Source of the DNA: Candidatus Tepidifontimicrobium thermophilum
GTDB taxonomy: Bacteria > Sysuimicrobiota > Sysuimicrobiia > Sysuimicrobiales > Sysuimicrobiaceae
Assembly (NCBI GenBank): GCA_031459915.1
Contig: JAVKHO010000013.1
Span: 1 to 64,000, forward strand
Direction: 5' to 3'
DNA: 64,000 nt
The notes under the pieces are model-generated. The model saw only the letters and a program-made list of their open reading frames with translations. It made no database searches and was not told where the DNA came from. Shown in pieces: positions 58,983 through 64,000 of this stretch. Position numbers and translations under genes: made by a program. Each line of letters begins with the position of its first letter. Within the stretch, counting starts at the first letter, position 1.

Positions 58983-59854
58983 CGTACCGCCGCCCTCTGG
59001 ACCTGTTCGTCCGCGTGGTAGCTGCTGCGCACCAAGGGCCCGGACTCCACGTGGCGGAACCCCATCGCCAGGCCCAGCCGTTTGATCTCCGCGAACTCCT
59101 CCGGGTGCCAGTACCGGTGCACGGGCTCGTAGCCCGGGCCTGGGCTCAGGTACTGCCCCACGGTCACGATGTCGCAGCCCACGGACCGCAGGTCCCGGAG
59201 GGTGTCCACCACCTGGTCGAAGGTCTCGCCCAGGCCCACCATGAGGCCGCTCTTGGTCAGGCACGGGTATCCCCACCGCTTCACCCGCGCCAGCAGCTCC
59301 AGGGATCGGTCGTAGTTGCCCCCGCTGCGTACCCTCTTGAACACAGGCCGTACCGTCTCGATGTTGTGGTTGAGGATGTCGGGGCCGGCGTCCAGCACCG
59401 TCCGGAGCGCTTCCGGGTCGCCCTTGAAGTCCGGGATGAGGACCTCCACGGTGCAGTCGGGCTGGAGCTGGCGGATCCGGCGGATGGTCTGGGCGAACAC
59501 CGCGGCCCCACCGTCCCGGAGGTCGTCCCGGTCCACGGAGGTCACCACCGCGTGGCGCAGCCCCATGGCCGCCACCGCCCGCGCCACCCGCTCCGGCTCC
59601 CTCCAGTCCACCTCCGTGGGCAGCCCGTGGGCGATGGCGCAGTACGAGCAGTTCCGCGTGCAGACGTTCCCCAGGATGAGGAAGGTGGCGGTCCGCCGCT
59701 CCCAGCAGTCCCCGATGTTCGGGCAGCGCGCTTCCTCGCACACCGTGTGCAGCCGCTGGGAGCGCATGATGGCCACCAGCTCGCGGTAGTTGGGGCCGGA
59801 GGGCAGGCGGGCCTTCAGCCACGGCGGGCGCTGCGGGACAGGCGCGATAGCCAA
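58979..59854 (-). CDS. lipA: Lipoyl synthase
   Basis: CEEARCPNIGDC, CTRNCSYC, RSSY. Confidence 0.96.
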   Translation of the reverse strand: MAIAPVPQRPPWLKARLPSGPNYRELVAIMRSQRLHTVCEEARCPNIGDCWERRTATFLILGNVCTRNCSYCAIAHGLPTEVDWREPERVARAVAAMGLRHAVVTSVDRDDLRDGGAAVFAQTIRRIRQLQPDCTVEVLIPDFKGDPEALRTVLDAGPDILNHNIETVRPVFKRVRSGGNYDRSLELLARVKRWGYPCLTKSGLMVGLGETFDQVVDTLRDLRSVGCDIVTVGQYLSPGPGYEPVHRYWHPEEFAEIKRLGLAMGFRHVESGPLVRSSYHADEQVQRAAVR

Positions 59855-59873
59855 GACAGGACCTCCTCTGCAT

Positions 59874-61049
59874 TCAGCGCGTCACAGGGTCTACAGCTTC
59901 CAGGCTGGCTTTCACGTGGTTGAGGAACTGCACCGCCACCGCGCCGTCGAACACCCTGTGGTCGAAGGACAGCCCCAGGTGCATAACCGAACGGATGGCG
60001 ATGGCGTCGTCGCGGACCACCGGCCGCTTCACGATGGCGTCCGTGGCCAGGATGGCGGCCTGCGGGTAGTTCACGATGGGGAGCGACCACACGGACCCGA
60101 ACACCCCGGGGTTGGTGAGGGTGAAGGTCCCGCCCTGCACGTCCTCCAGGGTCAGCTTCCCCTCCCGCGCGCGACGGGTGAGGTCTTCCAGCTCCCGGGC
60201 GAGGCCCACCAGACTCTTCTCCTCCGCCCGGTGGACCACCGGCACCACCAGCCCGTCCTCCACGGACACCGCGATGCCGAGGTTCACGTGGGGCTTGAAG
60301 ACGATGGCGTCGTCCGCCCACTGCGCGTTCACCACGGGGAACGCCCGCAGGGCCTCCACCGCCGCGCGGGCGAACAGCGCGGTGTAGGTGAGCCGGACCC
60401 CGTGCTGCTGCTGGAAGGCCTCCCGGTGGGCGTCGAACCACCGGACCAGGTCGGTGACGTCCGCCTCCACCACCCCGTACGCGTGCGGGACCTCCCGCTT
60501 GGCCCGGCTCAGGCGCTCCGCGATGGTCCGCCGCACGGGCGACAGCGGCACCCGGCGCTCCTCCGCCACCGGCGCGGCGGGGGCGGCGGGAGGCGGGACG
60601 GGCTGAGCGGCCGCCTGCTGCTTGCGGCGCTCCACGTAGCTCAGGACGTCCTGCTTCGTGATCCGGCCGCCCGTGCCCGTGCCGCGGATCTGCGCCAGTT
60701 CGTCCGGGGTGATCCCGTGCTCCTGCACCAACCGGCTCACCAGGGGCGAAAGCCGCCCCGCGGCGGGGGCCTCCCCCCGCGCGGGTGCCTCTGGTTGGGC
60801 CTGCGCGGGCGCTTCCTCCTCCACCCGCGCGATGACCGAGCCCACGGGCAGCGTCTGCCCCTCCTGCGCCACGATCTCCACCAGCCGGCCGGCCACCGGC
60901 GAGGGCATCTCCACGTTCACCTTGTCCGTGATGAGCTCCACCAGCGGCTCGAAGCGCTCCACCCGGTCACCCGGTGACTTCAGCCAGCGGCCGATGGTGG
61001 CCTCGTAGGTGCTCTCCCCCAGCTGCGGAAGGCGGACGTCCGTGGCCAT
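59874..61049 (-). CDS. Dihydrolipoamide acyltransferase (E2)
   Basis: Lipoyl domain TDKV, E3-binding GTGTGGRITK, DHRVFDG. Confidence 0.95.
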   Translation of the reverse strand: MATDVRLPQLGESTYEATIGRWLKSPGDRVERFEPLVELITDKVNVEMPSPVAGRLVEIVAQEGQTLPVGSVIARVEEEAPAQAQPEAPARGEAPAAGRLSPLVSRLVQEHGITPDELAQIRGTGTGGRITKQDVLSYVERRKQQAAAQPVPPPAAPAAPVAEERRVPLSPVRRTIAERLSRAKREVPHAYGVVEADVTDLVRWFDAHREAFQQQHGVRLTYTALFARAAVEALRAFPVVNAQWADDAIVFKPHVNLGIAVSVEDGLVVPVVHRAEEKSLVGLARELEDLTRRAREGKLTLEDVQGGTFTLTNPGVFGSVWSLPIVNYPQAAILATDAIVKRPVVRDDAIAIRSVMHLGLSFDHRVFDGAVAVQFLNHVKASLEAVDPVTR

Positions 61050-61056
61050 ACGCACC

Positions 61057-62040
61057 TCAGTAGTGCGCCAGCTTGCGCACCGCGGCCAGGATCTTCTCCT
61101 GGTTGATCCAGTACCACTGTTCCAGGGGACGGGCGAAGGGGATCCCGGGCACGTCCGGGCCCGCCAGGCGCATCACCGGCCCGTCCAGATCCTCGAAGGC
61201 CTCCTCCGCAATCAGGGCCGCGATCTCGGCCCCGAACCCGCCGAAGCGGTTGTCCTCGTACACCACCAGAGCCTTGTTGGTCTTGGCCACGCTGCGCAGG
61301 ATCGTGTCCTTGTCCAGGGGCCGCAGGCAGCGGACGTCCACCACCTCCACCTCGATGCCCTCCCGGGAGGCTGCCTCTGCGGCCTGCAGGGCCTCGTGCA
61401 GGGTCCAGCCGTAAGTGAACAGGGACAGGTCCCGCCCCTCCCGCCGGACCGCCGCGGGGCCGAGCGGCACCGTGTAGTCGCCGTCCGGAACGTCCCCGCG
61501 CACCAGGCGGTACATCCGCTTGTGCTCCAGGAACAGGACGGGGTCCGGGTCGCGCACGGCCGCCTTCAGCATCCCCTTGGCGTCGTAGGCCGTGCTGGGC
61601 GCCACCACCTTGAGGCCCGGCACGTGGGCGTAGAAAGCCTCCACACACTGGGAGTGGTACAGGGCCGTGCCGTGGGCCCCGCCGTAGGGCACACGGATCA
61701 CCAGGGGGACTCCGAAGGCCCCGTTGGACCGGTACCGCATGCGGGCCGCCTCGCTCACAATCTGGTCGAAGGCGGGGTGGATGAAGTCTGCGAACTGGAT
61801 CTCCGCGATGGGCACCAGCCCGTGGCACGCCATCCCGATGGCGCAGCCCACGATGGACGACTCCGCCAGGGGCGTGTCGATCACGCGGTCCTCGCCGAAC
61901 CGCTCGAACAGCCCCTGGGTCACCCCGAACACCCCGCCCTTGCGGCCCACGTCCTCGCCCAGCACCACCACCCGCTCGTCCCGTTCCATCTCCTCGTGGT
62001 GGGCGCGGTTTAAGGCGTCCACGTACCGCAGCTCCGCCAC
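61057..62040 (-). CDS. 2-oxoacid dehydrogenase E1 beta (branched-chain type likely)
   Basis: GEDVG..GGVF, DTPLAE, EIQFADF, HSQ, EHK. Confidence 0.93.
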   Translation of the reverse strand: MAELRYVDALNRAHHEEMERDERVVVLGEDVGRKGGVFGVTQGLFERFGEDRVIDTPLAESSIVGCAIGMACHGLVPIAEIQFADFIHPAFDQIVSEAARMRYRSNGAFGVPLVIRVPYGGAHGTALYHSQCVEAFYAHVPGLKVVAPSTAYDAKGMLKAAVRDPDPVLFLEHKRMYRLVRGDVPDGDYTVPLGPAAVRREGRDLSLFTYGWTLHEALQAAEAASREGIEVEVVDVRCLRPLDKDTILRSVAKTNKALVVYEDNRFGGFGAEIAALIAEEAFEDLDGPVMRLAGPDVPGIPFARPLEQWYWINQEKILAAVRKLAHY

Positions 62041-62076
62041 AGTCCCCCTCCTCCCGGCTTCCGTCGCGCCCGTCCC

Positions 62077-63132
62077 CTAGGGGCCCGTCCACCACACGGG
62101 GTCCGTGGGGCGGTCCGGGTCGGGGTCGTAGTACACGTGTCGCGCCGCGGTGGCCGGGTCCGGGTCCGGTGCCCGCTCGGCCTCGTCCGTGGCCGCGTCC
62201 ACCTCCCGCCGCACGCGATCCCGCAACGCCCGCTCCCGCTCCTCGTCCCACAAGCCCACGGACTCCAGGTACTCCCGGAATGCGGGGATGGGGTCCCGCT
62301 GGCGGGCCGCCTCGATCTCCTCCCGCGGCCGGTAGCGTTCCTGCTGGTCGTCGCTGCTGTGGGACCCCAGCCGCTCCACGCGGAACTCGAGAAGGGTCGG
62401 TCCCTCGCCGCGCTTGGCACGGTCGTACGCTTCCTTGGCAGCCCGGTAACACTCCAGGACGTCCGAGCCGTCCACGCTGACGCCCGGCATGCCGTAGCCC
62501 TGCGCCCGCACGGCCACGCTGGGGACCGCCATCTGTTTGTGCAGGGGCACGGAGATGGCGTACCGGTTGTTCTCCACCGCGAACAGGCAGGGCACCTTGT
62601 GGATGGCGGCGAAGTTCAGCGCCTCGTGCCAGTCCCCCTGGCTGGTGCCACCGTCCCCGATGGTCACCAGGACCACCTCGCCCGTCCGCCGGACCTTCGC
62701 GGCGTAGGCCAGGCCCGCGGCGTGCGGGTACTGGGTGCCCACGGGACTGCTGGTGGACAGGATCCTGTACTTGACGTGGGCGTAGTGCCCCGGCATCTGC
62801 CGGCCGCCGCTGCTGGGGTCTGTGGCCTTCGCCAGCACCGCCAGCAGGATCTCGGTAGGGGTCATGCCTTTCACCAGCACCGCCGCCACGGACCGGTAGT
62901 AGGGGACGAACCAGTCCCGCTCGCGGTCCAGGGGCCACATCATACCGACCTGCGCGCCCTCGTGCCCGGGCCCTGAGATCACGAACATCGCCTTGCCGGC
63001 CCGCTGCAGCTGCCACATGCGCTCGTCCAGCGTCCGGGCCAGGACCATGTAGTAGTACATCTGGAGCACGTCCTGGTCGGACAGGCCCAGCTCTGCGTGC
63101 CGGGCCTCCGCCCGCACTTCCCTGGCGCTCAT
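62077..63132 (-). CDS. 2-oxoacid dehydrogenase E1 alpha (BkdAA-like)
   Basis: GHEGAQVG, PYYR, DPSSGGRQMPGH, GDG...ENN TPP motif, HSSDD. Confidence 0.93.
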   Translation of the reverse strand: MSAREVRAEARHAELGLSDQDVLQMYYYMVLARTLDERMWQLQRAGKAMFVISGPGHEGAQVGMMWPLDRERDWFVPYYRSVAAVLVKGMTPTEILLAVLAKATDPSSGGRQMPGHYAHVKYRILSTSSPVGTQYPHAAGLAYAAKVRRTGEVVLVTIGDGGTSQGDWHEALNFAAIHKVPCLFAVENNRYAISVPLHKQMAVPSVAVRAQGYGMPGVSVDGSDVLECYRAAKEAYDRAKRGEGPTLLEFRVERLGSHSSDDQQERYRPREEIEAARQRDPIPAFREYLESVGLWDEERERALRDRVRREVDAATDEAERAPDPDPATAARHVYYDPDPDRPTDPVWWTGP

Positions 63133-63150
63133 CCCGCTCCCTCCCCCGTG

Positions 63151-64000
63151 CTACAGGTGCACCACCCGGCCCAGGGCGTCCAGGGCGGCCTCGTGGATCG
63201 CCTCCGCCAGGGTCGGGTGCGCGTGGACCGCCGCCGCCACCTCGTGGATGGTGGCTTCGACGCTCTTGCCTAGGATCCCCTCCGGCACCAGTTCGGTCAC
63301 CCGAGGTCCCACCATGTGCATCCCGAGGATCTCCCCGTGCCGGGCGTCCGTGACGACCTTCACGAAACCCTCCCGCTCCCCCAGGATCAGGGCCTTGCTG
63401 TTGGCGGAGAACGGGAAACGTCCCACCCGCACCTCGTACCCCCGCTCCCTTGCCTGGACCTCCGTGAGGCCGAAGGACGCCACTTCCGGGCTGCAGTACG
63501 TGCAGCGGGGGACGGCGTCGTAGTCCAGGGGAGCTACCGCGTGGCCGGCCATGTCCTCCACCGCCCGCACCGCCTCCTCCGAGGCCACGTGGGCCAGCAT
63601 GGGCTGTGCGTGGATCACGTCCCCGATGGCCCAGATGCCGGGCGCGGTGGTGCGGTACACCCCCTGGGTTCGGACGAACCCCTGCCCGTCTACCTCCACG
63701 CCCACCTCCTCCAGACCGAGGCCGTCCGTGACGGGGCCGCGGCCCACCGCCACCAGGAGACGGTCTGCCTCCACCCCCTCCACCTTCCCGTCCCTCTCCA
63801 CGGACAGCTGCAGCCCGGTGGGTGTGCGCTCCACGGACTTGAGGCTGGCGGACGTGAGCACCCGGATCCCGCGACGGGCGAAGGCCTTCTCCACCGCGGC
63901 GCTTACCTCCTCGTCCTCCGCGGGCAGCGCCCGGGGGAGGATCTCGATCACCGTCACCTGGCTCCCCAGGCTGGCGAAGGCGCTGGCGAACTCCACGCCG
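63151..64000 (-). CDS. lpdA: Dihydrolipoamide dehydrogenase (5' part outside window)
   Basis: EFAS, AIGD, LAHVASEE, PEVAS.G, HAHPTLAE. Confidence 0.93.
   Translation of the reverse strand, partial: GVEFASAFASLGSQVTVIEILPRALPAEDEEVSAAVEKAFARRGIRVLTSASLKSVERTPTGLQLSVERDGKVEGVEADRLLVAVGRGPVTDGLGLEEVGVEVDGQGFVRTQGVYRTTAPGIWAIGDVIHAQPMLAHVASEEAVRAVEDMAGHAVAPLDYDAVPRCTYCSPEVASFGLTEVQARERGYEVRVGRFPFSANSKALILGEREGFVKVVTDARHGEILGMHMVGPRVTELVPEGILGKSVEATIHEVAAAVHAHPTLAEAIHEAALDALGRVVHL

Overview
Very GC-rich (roughly 70% by eye), gene-dense bacterial chromosome segment. It comes from a diderm, LPS-making organism; a Terrabacteria lineage such as Armatimonadota or relatives is an inference only. From left to right it contains: an MntA/HepT (type VII) toxin-antitoxin pair sitting between a yitJ-type homocysteine methyltransferase-MTHFR gene and a decayed copy of that gene's 3' part; pgm/manB; an LPS/envelope cluster (LptD-like, two LpxB-like proteins, MsbA-like, three GT2s, O-antigen ligase); a short-chain carboxylate uptake and activation locus (two SLC5/ActP-type symporters with small partner proteins, LytS/LytTR, a CBS-DUF294 nucleotidyltransferase plus DEDDh exonuclease, two acyl-CoA synthetases); a MoaD-MoaE fusion; a Liv-type ABC system with an embedded long-chain acyl-CoA ligase; catabolic genes; glycogen/maltodextrin genes (malQ, glgB, glgX, GH13); a split MetE; rtcB; Fe-S assembly genes; moeB-rhodanese; a ferredoxin-NADP reductase; and a 2-oxoacid dehydrogenase-lipA operon ending in a redoxin-like gene and an unusual HPF/RaiA-sigma70 region-2 fusion. 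I saw no rRNA, tRNA, CRISPR array, integrase or transposase. The best leads are the HPF-sigma2 fusion, the DUF294 NTase/DEDDh 'writer-eraser' pair in the acetate locus, the TA islet flanked by a yitJ duplication, and a possible Cys-containing leader peptide upstream of moeB. All family calls come from recognising motifs by eye; no searches were run.
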